Source: Octopus vulgaris (Eukaryota). From it: a DNA stretch of 64,000 nt. The notes below the pieces were generated by a model. It worked only from the letters and a program-made list of their open reading frames with translations. It had not been told where the DNA came from and made no database searches. The first letter of the stretch is position 1. Each line of letters starts with the position of its first letter. Position numbers and translations under genes: made by a program. Below are positions 51,401-64,000 of this stretch, one piece after another. The stretch spans positions 67,952,001 to 68,016,000 of the forward strand of contig OX597823.1 of assembly GCA_951406725.2 (NCBI GenBank). Direction: 5' to 3'.

Positions 51401-54400
51401 ATATTTTTATAGTTGTTATTACAAATGAAATTTTCAGGCAACCTATATTCAGCTACCTGAGGCAAAGTAAATAAATAAATAAATAAATAACTTTATATAT
51501 ATACATGTATATAAATTTATTCATTCATTCATTTTGCCTCCGGTAGCTTGAATACAGGTAAATATATGTAGCCTGATAATCTCATTAGTGGCAGCTATAT
51601 ATAAACATATTTATATAGCTGTCACTAATGAGATTTTTAGGCTACCTATATTTTGGCTACCAGCAACAAAATAAATAAATGAATAAACAAGTGTGTGTGT
51701 GTGTATATATATATATATAAAACCCCTTACTTTTAATAAAGAAAACTAAAAACAGAAAATCTTGAATGTCTCTTTATAGCAAGTCGTATATTTCCTGCTG
51801 AATTAGCAATTGTTATAAGAACTGACAGAATGACAAAAGTGTGTGGAAAATTGTAAAAAGAGATCTTGAAAATCTTAAAAGCAAACAGTTCATGCTTTTG
51901 ATGAGCAACTTCAGAGTGTTCTGCAGGAGAAAGTGGGTCAAGACAATTGGAAAGATGAAACATCTCAAATATCACAATAAAGATGTTTTGATTAAATCAT
52001 ATGCAAACAATATCAATAATTCCACCTTGCAGAACTTTCTGTTTGTACACTACTTGACTATTATTCCCTTGCAGAGCACTTTGATTTTGTTTTATTTTCA
52101 TTTATGCCATTAATTTAGGATCCAAGACAACTACAACTGTCACTTGTGTTTCTACCTTGATACTGTCTGTCTCTCTCATCCCCTATTCTTAGAATTTCTA
52201 GTTTGTCTGTACATGCATGTGTGTGTCATTCATTTTTTACTTTGTGCACATTGTTGCAAATACATCTACATGCAGTTGATATTTTACTCTCATGCATAAT
52301 TTCATTAATAAACTACTACTACTGCCTCCTCCACTACCACTACCACTGTCATAGCTACTGCTACCCCCACTGCCACTACCACTGCTGTCAGTGCTAACAT
52401 GCTGAACATAATGAGCAGAAATATTTCAGTTAACCAAAACTCACTCTGCAGTAAAGAATGGAAAACTTTTAGCTCGTGTTTAAATCTGGTTGCGACAACC
52501 CGAAAATATAAATCCAAGTTAGAATTATGAAAGCAGGAAGGAGAAGAAAGCTCTAGTAGAAGTATTAGTACTAATTCAATTTAATCTCTGAAAAGCATTG
52601 TAACAACCCCTAACATATTTTAGTCCTATCAGATCTTCTCAATGACATAATCTTATCTACACTTGCTAGATGAAGAACCGTAATAAGAGAATATTCCACT
52701 TATGTCTTCTGTTGACTTCAGATCCCACTATTGTATAACTAATATAATATTCCACAATTATATGACTAACAATTATGCACTATTATATAAATTTAATGAG
52801 TGATTTATTAAGTATCTTTCAATTTTTATGGGTAGGGCACTTCAATGAACTGTCTTGGTAACTAGAGATAATTTCACTATAGATAAAATATGATACTATC
52901 TTATTACTTTAATGATTGCATGTTTCATATTTTTCTTTCCATTATTTGTCTATACAAATTTGTTAATGTTTTGCTTTAAAAATGCTTTATATCATCTTTT
53001 CACTTTCATCTATTATGATTAAGTTCGGTTTCTGATATAGTAATAGTTGATGAACAGAAAATGTTGCCAATCAACTAAACTAGTTGTATTCAGAAAATTC
53101 CTTACACATGAAGGCTTAGATCACATCGTGTTGTAAAACCACTGAGCTGGGTTGTAATGAGTTGACAGGTTCACACAAAGCTCTGGAATGACAGATGAGC
53201 AAGGATGATGTTGTCATTGCTATTCAAGTTGGAAAGTCATACACTGAATTAAGAATAGCTTTTGCATTCTATGAAGTGAAATTCATCTCATTATTTAAAT
53301 GTTAGTTTCTATTTAAGAACAGACAATTTGGGACATTCAGATGAATTGGCAAAATCCAAGGCCTCTGTCATTTTAAAAGAAATTCTCGAATAATTATTTT
53401 GATTAATTCTTATTATCCATCTGATCATTTAACATTATTCTATCAGAAAATTTCCAGAGAGAAACTGAGGTTGCCATATCAGTCTTTTCAAAACTAATAT
53501 TTCTATATTTTCAATTACATTAGACACTAAATATTTCAGTGAAATTAAGTAACTTCTCTAAGTATATTGGATATTCATAAATTTTCCCTGAGTAACTATT
53601 TAATAACTTCTACTTAAAAAACTACTGACTCAACTTCAAAGAATATATTGGAAAAGTTTTCATGTATTTTTGAAAGAAAAATCTGAATTTCCTTTGTTTC
53701 TGATTTTTTAATGGTTTCCTTTGTAAGACAATATCTAAAGATAAGGTTAATAGTTTGAAAAGAAATATTGGAAAACATACAAGCAAGCAATTATAAGTTA
53801 GTGAATGTGAAAAAGTTCAAATTCATTGAATCCAAAATTACTTTGTTTATGCGGCTTTCAAAGAATTATAACAAAATAAAATGTTAAGCTTTATAAATCT
53901 ATTGCAACTGAAGATACTTTTGGGGACTGTCTTTCTCTTGCTTGTGAGAGGAAAATTAATAGACAATAAGAGACAAGGAATTAAATCAGAATCTAATCTA
54001 TGTATGTAAAAACTTATTTCAAAGAATGATTTGTGTTTCTAAATTTTGTCTTTGCACCTTACTAGCTTTTAAATAATTCTTTTATCTAATTTCTCCAAGA
54101 AATGTTCAACATAAACAATGTTTTTCAACTGTTATTCTTTGTTGTAATTACATATAGCCACACCAAAAAGGCATTTAGACATTTGGTTGGTATGTTCTAT
54201 AAGAAATATCTAACTGTGTCCATTGATATTTCAGATATATTTTATGAATTAATTTTTTTAACAGATCATGAGTCTCAAGCAAGCAAATGTTCCAAAGTTC
54301 TTATTATGTCATAGTGCAAAGTTTTTTTTGTGAATACCACTCCAGTAGACTGAATGGGATTAAAATCTTAAGGTTTTGTTCCGGTTAAAATATGTACAAG

Positions 54401-56028
54401 TCTGTGAACTGATTGAATTAGAAAAGACCTTTTTTTTAAAATTTATAAATGATATAAACAAGGTTTTGGTTCAGACTAAAATATTATTGTCTATTCAAAT
54501 GGTAACTTGTGACTGATATAGCTCAACAAAACACAATTTTAAAGGGAGAAAAGGTAAACTAAGAAGAACATTTATGATGAGTTTATTTTGATTCTTGTTT
54601 TACTAATGATTGATCCTTTCATCTCTTGACAATTCTTGATTTATCAACAAACATAAGTAGGAAAAAGACTGCAGTAACAGCACACATAAGCCTCAAAGAA
54701 TTGAACTAAGCAACTATGTTTGCAGGAAATTAGTGCAAGAATAAAAGAGGTGCCAAGGCTGATTCATGTTCATATAACAATATTTTACGATAAAAGATAC
54801 AATTTATATTTTGTATTTCCCTGCTCACCTCTAATCATAGATACTATAAATACTTACTTGGTTGAATACTGTTCTTTATGTATTTGATATTATCCAGTTT
54901 TATGTTGCATTATTATATTATAAATCTGTTATTTATGAGTAAGTCAATCAATTATATGATATTTTCTTTTTTGTTTTGATGTCTTAAAGAAATATCTCTA
55001 AAATAACAACTTATAAAATTTTTTATGAAGTTTATAATAAAGAATGTTGTAAAGAGCACAATGAAGTATCATCTTTGAATATTGATTTCTAATATAGGCA
55101 CAAAGTAAGGTGGTAAGCTGGCAGAGTTGTTACTGTGCTGAAAAAAAAATGCTTAGTGACATTTCTTCTGACTTAGCATTCTGAGTCCAAATTTTGCCTG
55201 GGTTCACTTTACCATTCATCTTTTTGGGGTTGATAAAATAAGTAGCAGTTTGAGTACTGGAGTCTATATAACTGACTTATTCTCTCTCCTGGAATTACTA
55301 GCCATATTCCAAAATTTGAAACCAATATAGGCACAAAGTTACATATAGGAAACGATTTAGAAAATAGTTTAAAATCAATTGGTGCTCTATTTTTCACTCC
55401 AAGAAGAATGAAATGAAAAGGATTTGACTTCAGATTATACAAAAGAACCGATTATTGCAAGCAAAAATAAATATTGAAAAAATGTATTTGGCCAAATGAC
55501 AGCATTACATAATAGCAATGATATATATATATATGTATTAAACGATTTATATGGAAGATGGAGTGTAACTAGAAGCTTGTCCAATGTATATGTATGTGTG
55601 TGCGTGTGTTTGTAACTGTGTTTGCCTCCCATCACTGCTTAGCAACCAGTGTTGGTGTGTTTATGTTCCCATAAATTAGAAGTTCAGCAGTGATAGAATA
55701 AGTACCAGGTTTAAAAAGAAAATAAGTATCACAATTGATTAGTTTGACTAAAATTCCTCTCAAGCAAGTGCCCCAGCATGGCCACAGTCTAATGACTGAA
55801 ACAAGTAGAAAATAGAAGATAAAAAGATAAAATAATGATGCATTGTGAGTTTCAACCCATAGCAACTGAGACCATAGGCACATAAGACACAACTGTGCAG
55901 GTAACAACTGATAAAATTTGCAAATGATTTGTTGAAGCGGTCGAGGATATGTACAAAACTTTTTCCATTGATAACTTTCAATGGTCATAAAGCAAAAGAA
56001 CATGTTAAGTATAATAATTAATCTATAT

Positions 56029-56415
56029 AGGTGCAGGCATGTCTGTGTGGTAAGAAGCTTGCTTCTCAACCACATGGTTCTGAGTTCAGTCCCACTGCAT
56101 AGTACCTAGGGTAAGTGTCTCCTCCTATAGCTTCGGGCTGACAAAAGCCTCGTAAGTGAATTTGGTAGATGGAAATTGAAAGAATCCCGTCGTATATATA
56201 TATATTTGTGTGTCTTTGTGTGTGCTTGTCCCTCCCACCATTGCTTGACAATCAATGTTGGTGTGTTTGCGTCCCTGTAAATTAACAGTTAAGCAAAAGG
56301 GACCAATAGAATAAGTACTTGGCTTACACACGTTAAGTCCTGGGGTCAATTTCTTTGACTAAAAAGCAGTGCTTCAGCATGGCCCCAGTCAAATGACTGA
56401 AACAAATAACAGAAT
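56029..56415 (+). mobile_element. SINE family A, full-length and diverged (a 3' fragment also lies at ~55600-55830)
   Basis: Colinear match to family A from head to tail. Confidence 0.85.
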
Positions 56416-59400
56416 AAATACAGCCCATTTTATAAACAAAACTATATTATCACCAATGTTTTTTAATACGCACTTTTCCATGCTTGCATGGGTTATATGG
56501 AATTTGCTGATGCAGATTTTCAATGGCCAGATGACCTTCTTGTCATCCACCCATGCCTGTTTCCAAGCAAGGTAATATTTTGCCATGACTGGACATGTTT
56601 CCAAGGAATAATGGAAATGAATGACTCCATTTGTATAATGATGACACTTGCTTACAGCTATCATGCAAGGTCAAGACAAGGAGACAAAAGCATACATACA
56701 TGCATGCTCTCTGCCCATATATATATATATAGTGAGAATTTACAAAAAAACAAAAGACGAAGATAGGTGTGTAAACAACATGAGAGGACAAATAAAGGAA
56801 AGAGACACTTGACACATTTAATAAGAGTTACATATATTATTATTTAAAACAGTTTGAATTGGTCCTATATAATTTAAAGTTTCATAGGCTTCCTACAGGA
56901 ACCTAGCTCATCGGGAGCTTGTTGGGCTATCTGAGCTCACTGAGCAAGGTTTCTGTAGGCAAGCTGCATGGGGCTGAATCAAAGTGGCACACACATACAC
57001 ACATGATGGGCTTTTGTCAGTTTTTGCCTACCAAATCCAAATCCACAGGCTTTAGCTGCTCTGGGGCTGTAGAAGAAAACACTTGGCTAAACCCGAAACC
57101 AAGTTCAGTTCAACTATGTAGGACATTTATATATATAGATGTAGGCATGTGTGGTTGGGAAGTAAACTTCTCAATCACACAGTCATACTTATGCCTATAT
57201 TTAATCAAAACCACATTTATGAATAAATATTATCTTTCTGTGGAGCAAATAAAGCAAGGACAAAGATGATGGGCATTGCAACAGTAGATGATGTTACAAA
57301 TTTTCAATAGCTTACACTCTTATCTCACATCTGAACATTTCACAATGTATTTTCTTTCCATGTCTTCATCCTAATAAAACCCATCATTTTATTTGGAGTC
57401 AATTTTCCTATAATTGTATGGTTTATATAAGTTTACTGTTCATTTACATTTATCATAGAAACAAAAAAAGACAAAAAAAATTTAAATTATTTCTATATTC
57501 CTGAATAATTGCTGATAAAAAATGTGGACTTTCTAACTTCTGTAGTTACTGAGATATTATAGAAGACACTTACACAATCAATCAAGCAACAAAATAAACA
57601 AAAAAATGGGATAAGAACAGTGGCACCTATTTTTTTCATGGTCGTATATGTTGAATTGATTGAGAGAAATGATATTAGTTGTGCCCAATAATTTTCACAA
57701 ATATTTATAAATGCATTGTTGGGTGGAGCTGGGATAATTCAGATAAATGATATGTGACCTTTTAATATTTGACATAACTTATCAAGCAGCAAATACCCAT
57801 TTGTATTCAGATTACCATTTCACTACAACATACTGAATTAAATAGACAAAACTACTCTAAGTGTTGCTCATTAATGATATTTCTAGGTAATACAGCTATC
57901 ACATTTGCACAGTTGTAATTGAAATAGATTTTGTCTGCTTTCGTTCATTACACATGTCATTTAGACTTTGCATCATGAAGATAAAATATTTATTTATGAT
58001 TAAATATCTAAAATGCACACACCCTTTGTTTAGTAGACAAACAACTTGTATCGTATATGAATGCTCACATAATGCATATGTATATAGATAAGTACATACT
58101 TATACACATACATATATAGTTATAAATACATATATCTGCATGATACTCCTTTCACATTATTTATCTCATACCGTAACACAATGTATATTTTCCAGGATGA
58201 ATGTGTGTTTTGATATAATCGATTCCCTTCTCCCAATATTATAAACAGTTTCCACTTACTCTGAACACATATCAGTAAATACGTCAAAATCTGTTTCTCA
58301 GATAGTTTGAGACAGTATCCATTTTTTTACAATAAAATTTTATTTTTTTAATAGCTTTGTTAGAAGAGGAAGAACAGCCTTCGTGGCACCTTTCATGGTC
58401 TCCAAGACTTGTAGGGAGAACATAGGATGTTGCTTTCAGACCAGAGATCTTGTCTGCACATTTGCAGAGTGAACTTACAAAGGGACCCCAATGGTCGTAA
58501 TAATATCTACCATCCAAGAACAGCAACAGCCTCTCAAATGGGCTTCCAAACAGTTTCTGTCTCAAAACTTCACACACCAAGCTTAAGTTGGCACTGAGGC
58601 TATCATAGAAGATACTAGCCCAATCTACCAAGCAGCGTGGAGCTGATTACACAATTTTGGAGAAATTTTTGTATATTCTGGTCACTCATTTTAATGATCA
58701 TATTAATTCTAATGTTATTTATACAAGAATTGTCCAGTCTGGTGAAATAATGTGTACAACCAAGTGAAAACTAAAGTGTATTATAGTGTTTGGGTTACTA
58801 GTCAATATTTTAAGTATCAAAATATTATAAATCTAGACACACACACATTACAGTAGTGTTGAGGTCAAATCCACAAATCTAAACTTAAAGGATTCCTCAT
58901 GTTATTAAAGTAGGAGAAATCACTAAAGATTTAAAAAAAGAAAGATAATTTAGCAAATTTGTTTACAGCTTTCAAGAAGTGGGTTAGGTAGAAATGAAGA
59001 TGATAGACTGCTGTTTTCATGAGAATGTAATTAAACTATGTAAGAAAAGTGTAGCATTGTAAATATGAATTAAAAGAAAAACAAAATCCAACAAAACTAT
59101 TTTGAAGTCGATCAACTTATCACTGAATTTTTTCTTACTTTTCTTTTTAGGTTAAGTTAGTATCCCTGAAGTCATAACACATTTCAAAAGATTTTAAAAC
59201 ATGCTGGAGTACATTTCTCTCCACAAAAACTATATTGACTATAACAGTTTTCTCACTTTAGTTTTATTTGATTTTACTCTTTTTAAACTTTGGTGAAAAG
59301 AAAGTTCATTTTAGATATGGCAGAATAGTATAGAATATAGATTCAAAGAATTTTATTGTAGGTTATCTTTCTATCATTATCTGTGGTTGTTAAATTCTCT

Positions 59401-62400
59401 CACCAATAGACTGCTTGTCTAAACTGGATGTTTAAAATAGATGTTTTATGTTGCAAATTTTATTTCCAGGGCTAGAAAGAACTTAAAATGTGTATCTCGG
59501 CTGGAGATTCCTATGCATAAGTTGCAAACCCACTGATAAATATAATTATAATTTGATAGGAAACCTATCAGAGAGCAGAGAAAAAAATTATATAAAAGTT
59601 ATTGGAATTATATTTCAGAATTATTATGGCTTTTTTTCTTCAGAAAATTATATTAATAAAAGACTTGAAGAGAACAAAATTTGTTTAAAGAAATGACAAA
59701 GAATTTTGAAATAGTTAGAATTGAGTAGAAAAAGAAAGAAAAATATTAAAAAATATATTTAATAAAATTTACTAAGAAAAAACATGTAGAAAAGTAAACT
59801 ATAGATACATAAATGGGAACACCAGAAGAATGATAAATTTTGGAAATTTAAATATTTAACAGATTCACTGTCTCGCTAACAAAACACCATTTTAGACAAG
59901 TGTTTTTGAATCATAATTATGAAGCAAAACTTTATTGATTGGGAAGTAGTATTGATGAAGTATAAGAATAGATATCTAGAATAATTTGTGTATTTAAAAA
60001 GATTACATGAAACATAAGATATGTTATCAGATTTTTAAGATGATGTACATAGCTGTACATTCTGTGCTTTAATTTTTACAAAATCATGTGATAAAGAGAT
60101 ATAAATGTGAGAGGAACCACATAGCAATGAGTAAAATAATTAGTAAGTTGTGAAATATACTAATTAGTATATTGTGAAATATAAAAAATAAAAAGCCAAA
60201 ATAGATAAATATATGGAAAGTTTTGTTATAATTAAAGTAGATAGAAATCAGAAGAAGGAAATAATTGACAATTTTATGAAATTTCAATGAATATGTTCTA
60301 GTTATATATTTTATTTACTAATTTTATTGATTCTTTCATTCTGACAATCTAAATATGTTTAGAATATTTCCAAAGAAGATAGATTTATCTTGCAGAAAAT
60401 TATGTTGCTAAATTACTAAATTATCATTTTTATATTTTCAAATGAGAAGTTATTAACACTTTAAGGTTGCTCTATGATAGCAATTACATTTAAAAAGGCA
60501 CCAAGTCAGTCTTTGCAAAGAAAGAATTAGAGTTGACTGAATCAGCCTTAGTATAACTAGCAGAAAGACCACCTGCCAGGTGGCTTTATTCTAGTTGCTA
60601 AATCATATTAATACATTTGATTCCCAATTTGTGTAATTTTTCTGCTATGCTACATCTAATTTTCTTTTGTACCCTTTATTTGTTTAATAATGGTCGCTTT
60701 CTCAGTTAAATAAAATTAGAATAATATCAAGCACCGAAAGTCAGCATTAGAATTTAATTAGAAATCAGGTATTATGTTGGCTTAGCATAGCCATGTTAAT
60801 CTTTGAAACAAAGACAAAAGAAGCACATCCTCAATGTGGTCACTTAGTATGCTTGAGACAGCAGGGATCATGAGGATATATTCTAAGGCTTATAGCTAAC
60901 CAAAACTAACAATGTCACCTTTCTCCATTTTATCATTCAAATTATGCCAGTATCTCTGTCAAATTTCTTTTTAATAAACAAATATTCATTTAGCAATTTC
61001 CAGAGGGCAAAAATGGAATCATCCCTAAAAGTATTTTTTTTTTAGCATAACTGCAATCCACATCAGCAAAGCCTGAAAGTTATGAGGAAACAAAGTTGAG
61101 GTATGTGAATTATCTGAAACTCCTCACCACCTCCTCTGTAAAGCATATTCTTGACAAAATCCAATGTAATCATTATCTACAATATTCAGAATGTATTTGA
61201 AGAAAATTTAATTAAAAAATATCCACTTTTCAGAAAGTTTTGAAAAAACAAAGTATGAGTGATTTTTAACTACAAGAAAATAGGACAAGTATGCTACAAA
61301 TAGCATAAGTAAATTAAAACCACTTTTCTTATTCAGCTTTCTATTTCTTCAACAACATCCAACAAATATGAAATGATACAGGGATCAGCATAATTTGGCT
61401 GATGCTGGATTAATCTAAATAATTCATACAAATGTTTCTACTGATATGTCTGTAGAAAGTAGTTTTGCAAATATATGGGCAATCTTTATAATTCCAGAAG
61501 TATAAACAGAAACATTAAAAAATGCTATTTTACAGTGTAATATGGTTAATTCACAGTGAATGAAAATTAGCTTTGTGATTGAATCATAAAGCTGGAATCT
61601 TCTATAATAAAAGGTGCTCAGGAACCAAATTATGAAAAAAATTAAAACTGGAATTTATAGGAATTTTCTAGCCAGCATAGACATTAATGATTGCTTTCTT
61701 TTTTAAATTAAAAGTTGCTTATTCCAAACTAATTAATAAGCAGCTTTCTTTATTATAATATAGATATTATCATTTATTTCATTGGTTGAAGAGAAACAAA
61801 ATGAAAGATGCACTCAGGCAAGATTTGGACTTAGAGTTATGGTTAAATACATTAAGGTATTTAGCTCACTGCTTTGCCAATTCTTTTAGGTATGTGTCTA
61901 TCAATCTCAGTAGATGTGGATTAGTACTTGAATGGTACTTTATTGACCCTGGGAGAATGAAAGGCAAAAATGATCTTGGCAGGATTTGAACTACAAATGT
62001 AAAGAATTAGAACAAATGTTTCCAGGAATTTTTCCCAAATCTCTAATGATTCTATCAAAAAGAGAAAACAATGGTATCACCCACTAAAACAACACAATAC
62101 ATCTTACATAAATGACACCAACAACTCACACAACTAACCTGCAACATAATTCTCTTCCCTTAATGCAATACAGCCCAAACTCTATATGCTCTACACTATC
62201 ACCATCGCAACTAACACACATAACCTCATTTACATAACACATACAAAACACAAACATTACCCAACAAAATAACATACCTAACATTACACATACTCTGCAC
62301 AACAGTCAAAACATTAAAATAACAACAGGCAAACACAACAAATATCACAACAAAGCAAACGTAATGTAGTACACAAATAAAATTCAGTTCTATATTCCCA

Positions 62401-62799
62401 GAAGCAAATGTTGCACACACATCAGGAACATGTAGGTACACCTGTTGGTGCAGCAGAAACTTGCATAAAACTGGTGAAAATATGACAAGAAAAATAAGAA
62501 TGAAGGTGATAATAATAAAATTTTCAAAACGTTGTTTTATCAAGTTATATCCTGAGGATTATTTTTATTCATTAGAAATTAGACTAAAATAAATGGTATA
62601 CTTTCACAAACTATTTGTGTGTGAATGTGTTAGTGTTTGTTGAGTTTGTGTACATGTGAATGTGTGTGTGCGTGCATGCTTATGCATGTATGTGTGTGTA
62701 CATGCAAGTGTAACTTTGGAAGAATATTTAATAACTAAGTACCAAAGATTCATTATAATAATCAATATGTGATGTAAAAAGACACAACAACAACAATAA

Positions 62800-62986
62800 T
62801 TCTTTCTATTACAAGCATAAGGCCTAAAATTTGGGGGAAGAAGGCTAGTCAATTAGATCGAACCCATTGCTCAACTATACTTATTTTATAAATCTCAAAA
62901 GGATGAAAAGCAAAATCAACTTAGGTGAAATTTGAACTCAAAACATAAAGACAGACAAAATGCTAAACATTCTGTCAGCTCACCTA

Positions 62987-63020
<34 letters not shown>

Positions 63021-63230
63021 TGATTTCAAATTTTAACACAAGGCCAGCAGTTTCAGTGGATGGGTGTAAGTCATATCAACTGCAGTGCCTAACTGGTGCT
63101 TATTTTATCAACACTGAAAGGATGAAAGGCAAAGTCAACCTAAGTGGAATTTGAACTCAGAATGTACAGATGGACATAATGCCAGTAAGAATTTCATCCA
63201 GTGTGTTTACAATTCTGCCAGCTCACTGCC
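62800..63230 (-). mobile_element. Two tandem SINE family B copies (a further copy at ~63800-64000)
   Basis: Reverse-complement family B blocks separated by (AAT)n. Confidence 0.75.
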
Positions 63231-63436
63231 TTATTATTATTATTATTATTATTATTATTGTTATTATTATCATTATTATGATTATTATGATTATTATTAT
63301 TATTATTATTATTGTTATTATTATTATTATTATGATTATTCATGCTAGCATGGAAAACGGACGCTAAATGATGATGATGATGATGATGAATAACAATGAT
63401 AATAATAATAACAATAATAATCAATTATAATAATAA
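63231..63436. repeat. (TTA)n / (GAT)n / (AAT)n microsatellite cluster around a very short RTE-type tail
   Basis: Direct inspection. Confidence 0.92.
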
Positions 63437-63437
63437 T

Positions 63438-63796
63438 GAAAAGAACACCCAGAGAGTGCAAACCTCTGCCAAGGCAACACCAACATCTTCTCGACAATTA
63501 GCTAGAGATGATTTTTAAAATGAGAATATCCGAAACAAACTCGACTGCTCTCACAAATGAGAATACTAAAAATGAATCCGACTGCTCTCAAAAATTAAGT
63601 AAAATACCAGGAAAAATAATCCAGAATCCTTGTCTAATCAGTTTGTGCCTGTCATGAGGTCAAACATCCCTGAAAGTTTCATCCGAATCCATCCAGTGGT
63701 TCTTGAAACGTTTTGTCCACAGACACACAAACAAATAAATATACAAACAAACATGACTGAAAACAATACCTACGCCTTCGCTAAGGCAGAGGTAAT
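63438..63796 (+). mobile_element. Helentron/HINE-like non-autonomous element
   Basis: 5' acctctgccaagg, internal aagtttcatccgaatccatccag, (ACAA/ACAG) tract, 3' hairpin ACCTACGCCTT-cgct-AAGGCAGAGGT followed by aat. Confidence 0.6.
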
Positions 63797-64000
63797 TATC
63801 CTTTGTATTATAGATTCAAGGCCTGAAATTTTGTGGGGAGAGGTTTAGTCAATTAGATTGTCCCCACTACTCAACTGCTACTCATTTCATCAACCCTGAA
63901 AGAATGAAAGACAAAGTTGTTCTTGGTTGAATTTGAACTGAGAATGGACAAAATGTTGCTAAGCATTTTCCTCATCATGCTAACAATTCTGCCAGTTCAA

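Noticed and set aside
54852-54930. GTAAGT donor preceded by ..IKNSIQP, candidate upstream MPP7 exon
   Set aside because: The open frame ends in phase 1 whereas phase 0 is needed, the phase-0 frame has a stop, and there is no L27 similarity.
58284-58631. 115-aa minus-strand ORF containing a GTAAGT donor, possible MPP7 exon
   Set aside because: About 58538-58623 is a decayed SINE A fragment (gggcttc..cagtttctgtct..gaggctat..agaaga..gcccaa) and the peptide has no L27 or PDZ similarity.

Overview
This is an AT-rich, repeat-dense eukaryotic region that is mostly intron. The SINE/LINE complement points to a cephalopod, probably Octopus (inference). The only host-gene coding sequence I can support is three small minus-strand exons (34565-34646, 24378-24463, 3047-3121). 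They splice in frame with canonical AG/GT sites into the PDZ domain and PDZ-SH3 linker of an MPP7-like p55/MAGUK scaffold; the L27 and SH3-GK exons were not found and presumably lie outside the window. The introns hold several tRNA-derived SINE families, decayed RTE-clade and R4/Dong-clade LINE fragments, one full-length but inactivated mariner (30-bp TIRs, TA TSD), MITEs, a Helentron-like element and many microsatellites. The most unusual object is a head-to-head palindromic insertion (17793-18265, 11-bp TSD). Its unit joins a tRNA-derived Pol III head to a Penelope-type minimal hammerhead ribozyme, making it a candidate ribozyme-bearing SINE mobilised by Penelope-like elements. A second, unrelated minimal hammerhead sits at 32621-32663. 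Nearly all ORFs in the supplied track are artefacts of repeats. Repeat boundaries are approximate and family names come from recalled motifs, not database searches.
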